Shown here in pieces: positions 1 through 7,445 of a stretch of 64,000 nucleotides of DNA. The position numbers were made by a program, and so were the translations under genes. Under the pieces are notes generated by a model, which saw only the letters and a program-made list of their open reading frames with translations, made no database searches and was not told where the DNA came from. Source of the DNA: a virus. The stretch covers positions 1-64,000 of the IMG/VR virus record IMGVR_UViG_3300046787_000130; one strand, 5' to 3'. Each line of letters begins with the position of its first letter. Position 1 is the first letter of the stretch.

Positions 1-2
1 AG

Positions 3-533
3 TTACTGCAGATGGCCTCGGGGTTTGTGTATCAGTCCGAGACGGTTGCCACTGACACGCCGGGCAAGTTCAAGACGACGCAGACGCCCGTGTGGTTTTC
101 ACCGCACAAGTTCGACCTGCTGGATGAGGTGCTGGAGGAGAACCAGCGTGCCAACACCATACTGGTGTACCAGTTCGTCGAGCAGTTGGCGGAACTCAAG
201 CGCCGCTATCCGCAGTTGGTAACGCTGGTCGACCCCAATGCGATTGACCGCTGGAACGCAGGCAAGGTCGAGTTGCTGGCGGTACACCCCGCCTCGGCAG
301 GCCATGGCCTGAACCTGCAACACGGCGGCTGTCGCATGGTGTTCGTATCGCTGCCGTGGTCGTTGGAACTGTACGAGCAGGTCATCGGGCGACTGCACCG
401 CAGCGGGCAGCGCCATGAGGTTTGGGTCTACGTCTTGATGACCAACAAGACCGTGGACGAGAAGATTTTTGCCGCCCTGCAAGATAAGCGGGCGGTGGCT
501 GATGTTGCACTTGAAGAACTTAAAGGAGATTGA
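3..533 (+). CDS. SNF2-family phage helicase, C-terminal part (5' truncated by window)
   Basis: Helicase C motifs HPASAGHGLNLQ, LPWSLELYEQVIGRLHRSGQ, TVDE; frame open to window edge. Confidence 0.9.
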   Translation, partial: LLQMASGFVYQSETVATDTPGKFKTTQTPVWFSPHKFDLLDEVLEENQRANTILVYQFVEQLAELKRRYPQLVTLVDPNAIDRWNAGKVELLAVHPASAGHGLNLQHGGCRMVFVSLPWSLELYEQVIGRLHRSGQRHEVWVYVLMTNKTVDEKIFAALQDKRAVADVALEELKGD

Positions 534-535
534 AT

Positions 536-739
536 ATGAACTATCCCGCTTTGCAGAAGTTGTTGGGCGTTGCTACCGAGCGCGACCTGGAGACGTTGTT
601 GGCGCGAGAGATTGAAGGCGAGCGCCGCTATACGTTCCTCGTCCGCATTCACCAGCGCCTGAGCGCCTTGCGCGCCAGCCGTGAACGTAAGGAACTGCTG
701 GTCAAGACCGGCTACGCCGACCGGGTGGCGCATGACTGA
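536..739 (+). CDS. hypothetical protein
   Basis: AAGGAG RBS before ATG 536; packed between helicase and DUF3310 gene. Confidence 0.65.
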   Translation: MNYPALQKLLGVATERDLETLLAREIEGERRYTFLVRIHQRLSALRASRERKELLVKTGYADRVAHD

Positions 740-947
740 CGCAATTAACCCGCCGCACTACAAGCGCGGCGATGTGGAGTGTATAGACGCACTCAAGGCT
801 TGCATGACGCCCGAGGAGTTTCGGGGCTACTGCAAGGGGACTGCTATGGCGTACTTGTGGCGACTGGGCCAGAAGGACTACGCCGTGCAGGAGGCAAAGA
901 AAGCCGCCTGGTATGTGGCTTGGCTGGCAGGGAGTGACCCGCGATGA
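732..947 (+). CDS. DUF3310 family protein (T7 gp1.7-like nucleotide kinase domain)
   Basis: INPPHYKRGDVECIDA...GYCKGTAMAYLWRLGQK...KKAAWY; start moved to ATG 732. Confidence 0.85.
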   Translation: MTDAINPPHYKRGDVECIDALKACMTPEEFRGYCKGTAMAYLWRLGQKDYAVQEAKKAAWYVAWLAGSDPR

Positions 948-1189
948 ACCGCGATGACATCATCCGCATGGCGCGGGAGGAAGGGGTTTTTGTTGAGCCT
1001 TCGGCATGGCTTGCACCTCCAACAACCGACCTAGAAGAGCGCGTTTACCAATTTGCCGCCCTCGTCGCCGCTGCCGAGCGGGAGGCGTGTGCGAAGGCTT
1101 GCGAGAACATTTGCGAATATGACGCTATGTGCGACGGTTACTACGCCAACACCTATGCCGCAGCCATCCGTGCGAGGAGCAAGAAATGA
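944..1189 (+). CDS. MNRDDIIRMA-family small phage protein, copy 1
   Basis: MNRDDIIRMARE...FAALVAAAEREACAK...AAAIRAR; ATGA overlap with upstream stop. Confidence 0.8.
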   Translation: MNRDDIIRMAREEGVFVEPSAWLAPPTTDLEERVYQFAALVAAAEREACAKACENICEYDAMCDGYYANTYAAAIRARSKK

Positions 1190-1218
1190 ACCGCGATGAC
1201 ATTCTCCGCATGGCGTGA
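1186..1218 (+). pseudogene. truncated MNRDD-family remnant (MNRDDILRMA*)
   Basis: Near-identical 5' DNA to 944 and 1551, terminated at a tandem ATGGCGTG duplication (1210-1225). Confidence 0.65.
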
Positions 1219-1249
1219 TGGCGTGATTAACTTTTTGGGGACACTACTG

Positions 1250-1495
1250 ATGATTGACACTGTTTCGTTGATGATTGTTTCCGCAATGCTTGGTGTGTGT
1301 CTAGGCATCTGGATTCAAAAGAAAACCATGCACAATATTATGCGATGCAAGACTATTGACGGCACTGCTGAGCATATTGGCAATGGCGAGTTTGTGTATA
1401 TTATGAAGTCGCAAGACTATCTTCGCATTGTGCTAGGAATTGAAGACAATGGCGCTTTGCGGTTGAGTAATGAGCAGGATAAAAACAATGGATAA
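1250..1495 (+). CDS. hypothetical membrane protein
   Basis: N-terminal hydrophobic helix VSLMIVSAMLGVCLGIWI; GGGG before ATG 1250. Confidence 0.6.
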   Translation: MIDTVSLMIVSAMLGVCLGIWIQKKTMHNIMRCKTIDGTAEHIGNGEFVYIMKSQDYLRIVLGIEDNGALRLSNEQDKNNG

Positions 1496-1550
1496 TCCAG
1501 TAAACACGCTTCGTGTTCTAGAACATAAAATGTTCCAAGAGGGTCTTTAA
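1488..1550 (+). CDS. 20-aa mini-ORF (MDNPVNTLRVLEHKMFQEGL)
   Basis: AGGA RBS; overlaps upstream stop and abuts next ATG. Confidence 0.4.
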   Translation: MDNPVNTLRVLEHKMFQEGL

Positions 1551-1841
1551 ATGAACCGCGATGACATCATCCGCATGGCGCGGGAGGCTACCCGTTATGC
1601 CTGCCACCAGACAAACGATAGTTACGAGTGGCAAGAGATACGGGACGAACGCTTCGCCAACCTTGTCGCCGCTGCGGAGCGTGACGCCATTCTTAGTGCT
1701 ACAGAGCGTCTTCGCGACCGCGAGATAAAGGCAGCAGCGCATCATGCTGGTCGAATGCAAGATGCTTACGAATGGCATATGACTCGGGAAGGTGCGTTTC
1801 GTGACGTTCTTGATTACATCCGTGCGAGGGGCGAGAAATGA
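1551..1841 (+). CDS. MNRDDIIRMA-family small phage protein, copy 2
   Basis: Same N-terminus, FANLVAAAERD middle and IRARGEK end as copy 1. Confidence 0.8.
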   Translation: MNRDDIIRMAREATRYACHQTNDSYEWQEIRDERFANLVAAAERDAILSATERLRDREIKAAAHHAGRMQDAYEWHMTREGAFRDVLDYIRARGEK

Positions 1842-2158
1842 AATTGTCAAACAATTGGCAACAACACACAAAAAATGGTTACATTATGTGCTACCGAAAA
1901 GGTTTGCTTGGTGTATGGGACCAAATCCGTGCATGGGTAACTGGTAAAGAAAGATATTCTGTTGAGACTCCAATTACAATATCAGTTTGGGCAAAGAAAG
2001 ATAGCAATGATAATACAGAGCATTTAACAATGGACATTCCTTCTTTAAGAGAGGGATGGAAAATTGAGAGAACAAGTGACTACATAGTAGATAAGGATTC
2101 TGTTGTTAGTGATAACGTTCGTACTATAATTGGTGGTAAAAATAATGAACCGCGATAA
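1838..2158 (+). CDS. hypothetical protein
   Basis: ORF with ATGA overlap. Confidence 0.65.
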   Translation: MKLSNNWQQHTKNGYIMCYRKGLLGVWDQIRAWVTGKERYSVETPITISVWAKKDSNDNTEHLTMDIPSLREGWKIERTSDYIVDKDSVVSDNVRTIIGGKNNEPR

Positions 2159-2561
2159 GTTTCTCGAAAAGGCTGATGCTTATAACACAATGAAGAAGCA
2201 GCAGTTTGAATTGCTAAAAGAGTTCACTCTTGAGTACTGCGACTTGCGTGATGAGGATGGCTATCCAACTCCTGCTTGTCTTCAACTTATTCAAGAGTGG
2301 CATTGGGAAGACCCCACTGGCTGGTTTGAGTTTATTGAACAGCAGTGGTATTATGCCGATTGGGGTTGGGAGAGCAACGTCAAACCGCATCGGTTTAGAG
2401 AAAATAAATTCGTGACGGAGCATGCTATTTCTACTGCTGGATGGTCTGGCAATGAAGCCATCATCAAGGCAATGGAAAAGAACGATATACTCTGGGGGTC
2501 AACTTGGTACCAATCTCAACGTGGTGGACATTATATTTTCGAGGTAGAAAATGAAAACTGA
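2145..2561 (+). CDS. hypothetical phage protein (Trp-rich; STAGWSGNEAII...RGGHY motif)
   Basis: ORF, GGTGGT RBS; begins ATGAACCGCGAT like the MNRDD repeats. Confidence 0.75.
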   Translation: MNRDKFLEKADAYNTMKKQQFELLKEFTLEYCDLRDEDGYPTPACLQLIQEWHWEDPTGWFEFIEQQWYYADWGWESNVKPHRFRENKFVTEHAISTAGWSGNEAIIKAMEKNDILWGSTWYQSQRGGHYIFEVENEN

Positions 2562-2736
2562 AGTTTATTGCTACGGTTGTCAAGAATCTCACAACACCAA
2601 GACTGTTGAGTTTCTCCACATCGAGGAAAATCCTGATAGCCATGACGTGATGACTTTCTTCTGTGCCAACAGTCAATACAAGGGTATTAGCAGCGTCAGA
2701 GGCAAGGCATTCGCCCGCACCAGTAACTGGTTCTGA
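2551..2736 (+). CDS. small hypothetical protein with CxxC motif
   Basis: GAGG RBS; CYGC. Confidence 0.6.
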   Translation: MKTEVYCYGCQESHNTKTVEFLHIEENPDSHDVMTFFCANSQYKGISSVRGKAFARTSNWF

Positions 2737-2767
2737 CTAAATAAGTGATTACTGATTGAGGTGATTT

Positions 2768-3076
2768 ATGACTGTTTCTAATATCAAGCGAGTTTCAAAT
2801 TTAGAATTGCGTTGGACTGCAACAGGTGCTGGCAAGCAGTATCCTGAGATTGTTCAGTGGCGTCAAGATGCCAAAGAGCCAACCAAGGAATGGTGCTACA
2901 CTCTTTGCTTGTGGAATGCCGATAAAGAGAATTGGAATCTGCGATTTGTTGGTGACCGTCCATTCGATTATTCCGTAGATGCAAAGTTGTTTTGGGCACT
3001 TGCTAAGTTTGGGCAGAAGATTGCTGATGCAACTTATGAGTTTGAAGAAGTGATGCGTAACGAAGGTTGGGACTAA
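2768..3076 (+). CDS. hypothetical protein
   Basis: GAGGTG RBS; preceded by ACTAAATA (2736-2743), possible late promoter. Confidence 0.7.
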   Translation: MTVSNIKRVSNLELRWTATGAGKQYPEIVQWRQDAKEPTKEWCYTLCLWNADKENWNLRFVGDRPFDYSVDAKLFWALAKFGQKIADATYEFEEVMRNEGWD

Positions 3077-3078
3077 TC

Positions 3079-3645
3079 ATGTCTTATGTTCTTGTTGCGG
3101 ACAAGCAGGGTACTCCTAAAGATTGGGTAAACCATGAGTCAGCCGTAAACTATTACGTCAATGATAAGGTATTATGGGAGATTGGTAATCCTATCAAGAC
3201 TTTTTACGGCGGCGTAAACAAAACAGGTGAGCAGTCTACTCTGACTGTTTCATCTATCATTGGCGTGTCTGGTCCAGTTCTTGGTTCGAAGTTTTATGAC
3301 CGTGAGACGCAGTATGCTGAACGGATGGTGCTGTATGCCCGTGACCGCCATATCTGCGCATACTGCGGTGACCACTTCAACTGGCGTGAACTGACTATTG
3401 ACCACGTTCACCCAAAATCACGTGGCGGCAAGAACACTTGGACAAATACTGTATCTGCTTGCAAACCTTGCAATCTGCGGAAGGGTAACAAGACACCTGA
3501 AGAAGCCCGTATGCACCTGCTATTTGTGCCTTATGCCGTTAATGTATTTGAGCGCATGATTCTACAGAATCGCAACATCCTTGCTGACCAGATGGACTTT
3601 CTAATCAGTCGTGTTCCTAAGCATAGCCGACTATTACAGAATTGA
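3079..3645 (+). CDS. HNH endonuclease
   Basis: RDRHICAYCG...TIDHVHPKSRGGKNTWTNTVSACKPCNLRKG. Confidence 0.92.
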   Translation: MSYVLVADKQGTPKDWVNHESAVNYYVNDKVLWEIGNPIKTFYGGVNKTGEQSTLTVSSIIGVSGPVLGSKFYDRETQYAERMVLYARDRHICAYCGDHFNWRELTIDHVHPKSRGGKNTWTNTVSACKPCNLRKGNKTPEEARMHLLFVPYAVNVFERMILQNRNILADQMDFLISRVPKHSRLLQN

Positions 3646-3670
3646 CTTTACAAATACATTGAGGTATACT
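3642..3670 (+). promoter_or_regulatory. sigma70-type promoter
   Basis: TTGACT-N17-TATACT. Confidence 0.75.
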
Positions 3671-3672
3671 TT

Positions 3673-3801
3673 ATGTCTGGAAAAGGTAGTAAGCCACGCC
3701 CCATAAGCGTGCCGCAAAAACAGTTTGATGATAACTGGGATGCCATCTTCAAGCCCAAGGCAAAGAAGAAGCAATCACGGGAGAAGCCCAATGCAGTTTG
3801 A
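3673..3801 (+). CDS. small basic protein (MSGKGSKPRP...DNWDAIF), absent from ORF track
   Basis: GAGGT RBS, 42 aa, recurrent small phage protein motif. Confidence 0.65.
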   Translation: MSGKGSKPRPISVPQKQFDDNWDAIFKPKAKKKQSREKPNAV

Positions 3802-3991
3802 ATTTGAATCATATAATGAGAAGTGCGAGCGACTTGCTCAGTGGAAGAACTGGTTTGCTTGGCATCCTGTTTTTCTTTTTAATACTGAGAAGCCAACGCT
3901 AGTGTGGCTTGAAAAGATACAGCGTAGAAAGTATATGCCAACCAATACTTGGCATTATCGTTCTGTTCCTGATTTCGATTTGTTTATCTGA
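3791..3991 (+). CDS. hypothetical protein (WFAWHPV...VWLE motif)
   Basis: GGAG RBS before ATG 3791. Confidence 0.7.
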   Translation: MQFEFESYNEKCERLAQWKNWFAWHPVFLFNTEKPTLVWLEKIQRRKYMPTNTWHYRSVPDFDLFI

Positions 3992-3999
3992 GGTGTAAT

Positions 4000-4236
4000 A
4001 TGGCTAGTATGTTTTACGTTTATGACGCATCTGATGATGAGAAGTTTCCTATCATTGGCACTGAGAACATTGATATCAATGGCGATAAACTAATGTCTGA
4101 TGAGATGTTCAAGTTGTTTGCTGCTGATGTACTTATGGTGTTGGTGCGTTCCTGCCCTGACAAGCAGTTTGACATCGTTTGGGAAGATGCTCCAGACTTT
4201 AATGTTGAAGTTCCAATCTATCCGGTAGTGGAATAA
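4000..4236 (+). CDS. acidic hypothetical protein
   Basis: GAGGTG RBS. Confidence 0.7.
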   Translation: MASMFYVYDASDDEKFPIIGTENIDINGDKLMSDEMFKLFAADVLMVLVRSCPDKQFDIVWEDAPDFNVEVPIYPVVE

Positions 4237-4237
4237 C

Positions 4238-4495
4238 ATGATGAATCGTAGGGAAGAAGTCCTGACAATCTTCATGGAAGAGTGCGGTGAGGCAATCCAA
4301 GCCGCATCCAAGATTATTCGTTTTGGTGTTGATGATGCCAAGCGTGATGACTTAGAAAGGGAGATTGGCGACATCCTTGCGATGATGAAGTTGGTTGATG
4401 AGGAAGTTGGGCTAGACCAAGACCGCATCCTTGGCTATGCTGAAAAGAAATTAGTCAAGGTTGAACAGTTTATGACTAACAAGAGGGATGACTAA
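4238..4495 (+). CDS. MazG-like nucleotide pyrophosphohydrolase
   Basis: MEECGEAIQAASK...LEREIGDILAM (EExxE / ExxD). Confidence 0.8.
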   Translation: MMNRREEVLTIFMEECGEAIQAASKIIRFGVDDAKRDDLEREIGDILAMMKLVDEEVGLDQDRILGYAEKKLVKVEQFMTNKRDD

Positions 4496-4722
4496 TGGTT
4501 GCAACTATCTGGAGTAAACCAAATTGCGTTTGGTGTGACCGTGCCAAGGATTTATTGACTCGCGAAAGCATCCCGTATATTGAAAAGGTTGTGGGCGTAG
4601 GAGCCACAAAAGAACAGTTGTTAGAAGCAGTTCCTGCTGCGCGCTCTGTTCCACAAATTCTTATTGATGGTGTACTCATTGGCGGATTCCAAGAATTACA
4701 GGAATATCTGCGCAAAAAGTAA
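4495..4722 (+). CDS. glutaredoxin (NrdC-like)
   Basis: CVWC active site, SVPQILIDG, IGGF. Confidence 0.92.
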   Translation: MVATIWSKPNCVWCDRAKDLLTRESIPYIEKVVGVGATKEQLLEAVPAARSVPQILIDGVLIGGFQELQEYLRKK

Positions 4723-4778
4723 GTGATTGATTTTACAGAAGTTTTTCCTATCGACTTTTTCTCAAAATCCAGTATTCT
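4720..4778 (+). promoter_or_regulatory. early promoter cassette 1 with IHF site
   Basis: TAAGTGATTGATT (reverse = AATCAA-TCAC-TTA) then TCGACT-N16-TATTCT. Confidence 0.7.
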
Positions 4779-4784
4779 ATACCT

Positions 4785-5177
4785 ATGAAGAACGAATACA
4801 CTTTTGATGAAAACATTGTTTCTGACCTGCACAAGGACGCGCATGGGTATCGCCCTCGCGAGTGGTTCTGGGCTGATTGGCATGCCGCCGACAACGATGG
4901 CAAGCAGCGTATTTGGGACGAGTTGTTCGTAGACCTCTGCGAAAGCATCGAGCAGGAACAGCGTGCGCAGGCTGCAGCCATTGCTGCCACCGAAAAGCGC
5001 ATCCAGGAAATCCTGGACTTGGTGGCTGGCTCCACCCGCGCTGACGCCATCCGTTTCCTGGATGACGCCCACGATTGCCGTGGTGACATCTCTTTCCTGG
5101 AATTCCACCTGGGGGTGCCGTATGGCTACCTGAGTGGCGTGAAGCCCGGCTTCACGCTGGGTCCAGTGGTTCTCTAA
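4785..5177 (+). CDS. early hypothetical protein (VSDLHKDAHGYRPR motif)
   Basis: ORF directly after promoter; motif common in T4-like early genes. Confidence 0.8.
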   Translation: MKNEYTFDENIVSDLHKDAHGYRPREWFWADWHAADNDGKQRIWDELFVDLCESIEQEQRAQAAAIAATEKRIQEILDLVAGSTRADAIRFLDDAHDCRGDISFLEFHLGVPYGYLSGVKPGFTLGPVVL

Positions 5178-5233
5178 GTTATTGATTTTACAAGAAAATT
5201 TCGCATTGACTTTTTCGTAGATTTCAGTACAAT
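5175..5233 (+). promoter_or_regulatory. early promoter cassette 2 with IHF site
   Basis: TAAGTTATTGATT then TTGACT-N16-TACAAT. Confidence 0.75.
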
Positions 5234-5260
5234 ATAGGTATAGTGAGAGTTAAGGGAAAA

Positions 5261-5428
5261 ATGATGAAGCGATTCTTTTTGGGCAACGCCTGGTTTCAGC
5301 CACCGTTCTATGCAGATAGGTTTTGGGTGCAAGATGCTACGGGCAAGAAGGTGGCAGAAGCATTCAGCCAAGCGTTGGCTAAAGAAATTGCCGAGATGTT
5401 GAACGCCAAGACAAAGGGCGCAAAATAA
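5261..5428 (+). CDS. early hypothetical protein
   Basis: AAGGGA RBS before ATG 5261. Confidence 0.65.
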   Translation: MMKRFFLGNAWFQPPFYADRFWVQDATGKKVAEAFSQALAKEIAEMLNAKTKGAK

Positions 5429-5625
5429 TGAATCATCGTTATCGCGTGGAAGTGCGTTCGGGCAACATTTCGGTTGTCGACACCAAGTTGTTCACTGCGG
5501 TCAATCCTAATGGCGTGACTGTTCTGTACATCGGCTGCGGCGACAATGCCAAAAAGTTGTCTGCTAATCTTCAGCGCGTCATTGCAGAGTACAGCGTTGC
5601 TCCGCAGAATGTCAAGTACATCTGA
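5428..5625 (+). CDS. early hypothetical protein
   Basis: TAATG overlap. Confidence 0.65.
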   Translation: MNHRYRVEVRSGNISVVDTKLFTAVNPNGVTVLYIGCGDNAKKLSANLQRVIAEYSVAPQNVKYI

Positions 5626-5634
5626 GGTATCATC

Positions 5635-5841
5635 ATGAGTTGGAATCTGGAAGGTTTGAAGGTTGTTGGCAAGTATCTGGGTGAATTCCCGGTGTCTGGC
5701 AAGGTTGAGTTGTCTCGCGTGAAGTATGGTGGCGGTATCACTCACCACATCGTGCTGGATGCGCCCATCCAGGTGTACGGTGCCACGCGTGACCGCGTGA
5801 TTCTTGAGCACAAGTACGTTAAGCAGGTTTGGGAGCATTAA
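5635..5841 (+). CDS. early hypothetical protein (MSWNLEGLKVVGKYLG)
   Basis: GAGGT RBS. Confidence 0.75.
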   Translation: MSWNLEGLKVVGKYLGEFPVSGKVELSRVKYGGGITHHIVLDAPIQVYGATRDRVILEHKYVKQVWEH

Positions 5842-5842
5842 T

Positions 5843-6094
5843 ATGTCGTATAATGGTTGGTCGAATTATGAGACGTGGCGCATCAATCTTGAGATGGTTG
5901 ATGGCATGTCGCTGGATGACCTGGGCTTCAGCGATGACGCTGACGTTGCTGACGTGGCTGGGCTGCTGGAATCGCTCTGCGAAGACCGGATTGAAGAACA
6001 GGCAACGGGGCTTGCCAAGGATTTGGCTTGCGCTTTCCTCCGCAAGGTGGACTGGCGTGAGATTGCTGAACGCATGATTGCTTATTACGCTTAA
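5843..6094 (+). CDS. YNGWxNYETW-motif acidic phage protein
   Basis: MSYNGWSNYETW...VDWREIA; GGAG RBS. Confidence 0.8.
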   Translation: MSYNGWSNYETWRINLEMVDGMSLDDLGFSDDADVADVAGLLESLCEDRIEEQATGLAKDLACAFLRKVDWREIAERMIAYYA

Positions 6095-6104
6095 AGGGAA
6101 ATTT

Positions 6105-6545
6105 ATGAACACTCCAAGTTTCATGTTTGATGGCGTCAACATCCTCCAGCGCGTGCGGGAGATGAGCGACAATGACCTGATTCAGGTCGCATACCGTCTC
6201 GCTGAGATGCACCCGCACATGTTCTGCCGTCTGCTGACGGAAGACATGACCGTGGAATACGTCATCAACAGCACGCTGTACGGCAGCATTCCGGTCAAAA
6301 TCAGCCGCAAGCAGATGGACACTCTGCGTGCTTTCGAGGCTGGTGACAAGGTTCGCGCCATCAAGTGGCTGCGTGAAACCTATGGCATCGGGCTCAAGGA
6401 AGCCAAGGATGTCGGCGAATGGCTGGTGCGTGAAGGGCATCTGCCACACAAGAATTGGATTGGTGAATACTCTGTCGCCAGTCCCAGTTTGGCTGATATC
6501 ATCTCTGAGCAGATAAAGCGCAACAATTCTTGGAAGGATTGTTAA
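6105..6545 (+). CDS. protein with C-terminal ribosomal L7/L12 CTD-like domain
   Basis: DKVRAIKWLRETYGIGLKEAKDVGE resembles bL12 KVAVIKAVR..TGLGLKEAKDLVE. Confidence 0.7.
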   Translation: MNTPSFMFDGVNILQRVREMSDNDLIQVAYRLAEMHPHMFCRLLTEDMTVEYVINSTLYGSIPVKISRKQMDTLRAFEAGDKVRAIKWLRETYGIGLKEAKDVGEWLVREGHLPHKNWIGEYSVASPSLADIISEQIKRNNSWKDC

Positions 6546-6603
6546 GTGATTGATTTAGCAAGTGTTTTTTGCGCTTGACTTTTCAGCTGAAGTACCATAT
6601 CAT
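6543..6603 (+). promoter_or_regulatory. early promoter cassette 3 with IHF site
   Basis: TAAGTGATTGATT then TTGACT-N17-TATCAT. Confidence 0.75.
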
Positions 6604-6641
6604 ATATTTGTAGTTTGTAATTTGTTAGTGAGGTTTTAATT

Positions 6642-7082
6642 ATGTCTATGTACAAGACCCAGATGCTGGTTGAAGCATTTAAGAGTGCTGAGGGCAATTA
6701 CGTGTCCAAGGCTGATATCGCCAAGTTGATGGGGATTCAGGAGCAGTCCGTTGCTCCCTACATTCATGACCTGAAGCGGCTGAACCGCTGCGAGTTTGAG
6801 GCTCGCAAGACGGGGCGTGTCGTTGACGGTTGGGTGCTGACCAATCCTTCCAAGGCACTTAGCCTGAAGTTGACGCAGAGCGCAAAGGGCAGCAAGACTG
6901 TCGCCAAGCCTGCTAAGGCTGCCAAGGCTGCGAAGCCTGCCAAGGTCGCCAAGACCAAGACTGTCGTCAAGAGCAAGCCGCAGGCTGACTCTTTCGATGT
7001 TCCCACGCTTGACCGTGACCTTGACATCAGCGAAGTCACCGACCGTGAGTTGGATGACCTCAAGGCTCAGTTGGGACTCTAA
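6642..7082 (+). CDS. putative HTH DNA-binding protein with Lys/Ala-rich linker and acidic tail
   Basis: VSKADIAKLMGIQEQSVAPYIHDLK; PAKAAKAAKPAK; GAGG RBS. Confidence 0.65.
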   Translation: MSMYKTQMLVEAFKSAEGNYVSKADIAKLMGIQEQSVAPYIHDLKRLNRCEFEARKTGRVVDGWVLTNPSKALSLKLTQSAKGSKTVAKPAKAAKAAKPAKVAKTKTVVKSKPQADSFDVPTLDRDLDISEVTDRELDDLKAQLGL

Positions 7083-7097
7083 TAGAGGAATATTATC

Positions 7098-7445
7098 ATG
7101 AATATGATTGAACAGATTGTCCGCGAAGAAATTCGCAACGTTATCGTCAGCATCGTTCGTTCGGAACTTGCTAAGGTTGCCGGCACTACTCCGGTTGTCG
7201 AACAGGAACAGACAAATGTTCGTCCGGGTCGGCAGCGCAGCAAGTTGACTGCCCGTCTTTCCGAGTTGCAGCCTGGCTGGAGTATCTCTGTCCCGGCACG
7301 CAGCAAGAAGCGTGCACGCAATTCTGTAGCGTATGCCACCAAGAAGTTTGGTATGCGTTTCAGCATGCTGCAGCACGGCAAGGGTTATCGTATCCTCTGC
7401 CTGCAGGGTATGAGTTCTGCTAATCTAGAGAAGGTTTTCGCTTAA
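7098..7445 (+). CDS. basic hypothetical protein, possibly DNA-binding
   Basis: GAGG RBS; Arg/Lys-rich C-half. Confidence 0.65.
   Translation: MNMIEQIVREEIRNVIVSIVRSELAKVAGTTPVVEQEQTNVRPGRQRSKLTARLSELQPGWSISVPARSKKRARNSVAYATKKFGMRFSMLQHGKGYRILCLQGMSSANLEKVFA

Noticed and set aside
944-1841. CRISPR array or DGR template/variable repeat pair
   Set aside because: Repeats are in-frame coding with irregular spacing, differences are not adenine-specific, and no cas or reverse transcriptase gene is in the window
3079-3645. HNH as intron-encoded homing endonuclease
   Set aside because: Flanking ORFs are intact and tightly packed; no interrupted gene or intron structure seen
4476-7381. Long minus-strand ORFs over the early region
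   Set aside because: Antisense shadows of GC-richer plus-strand genes that have promoters, RBSs and overlaps
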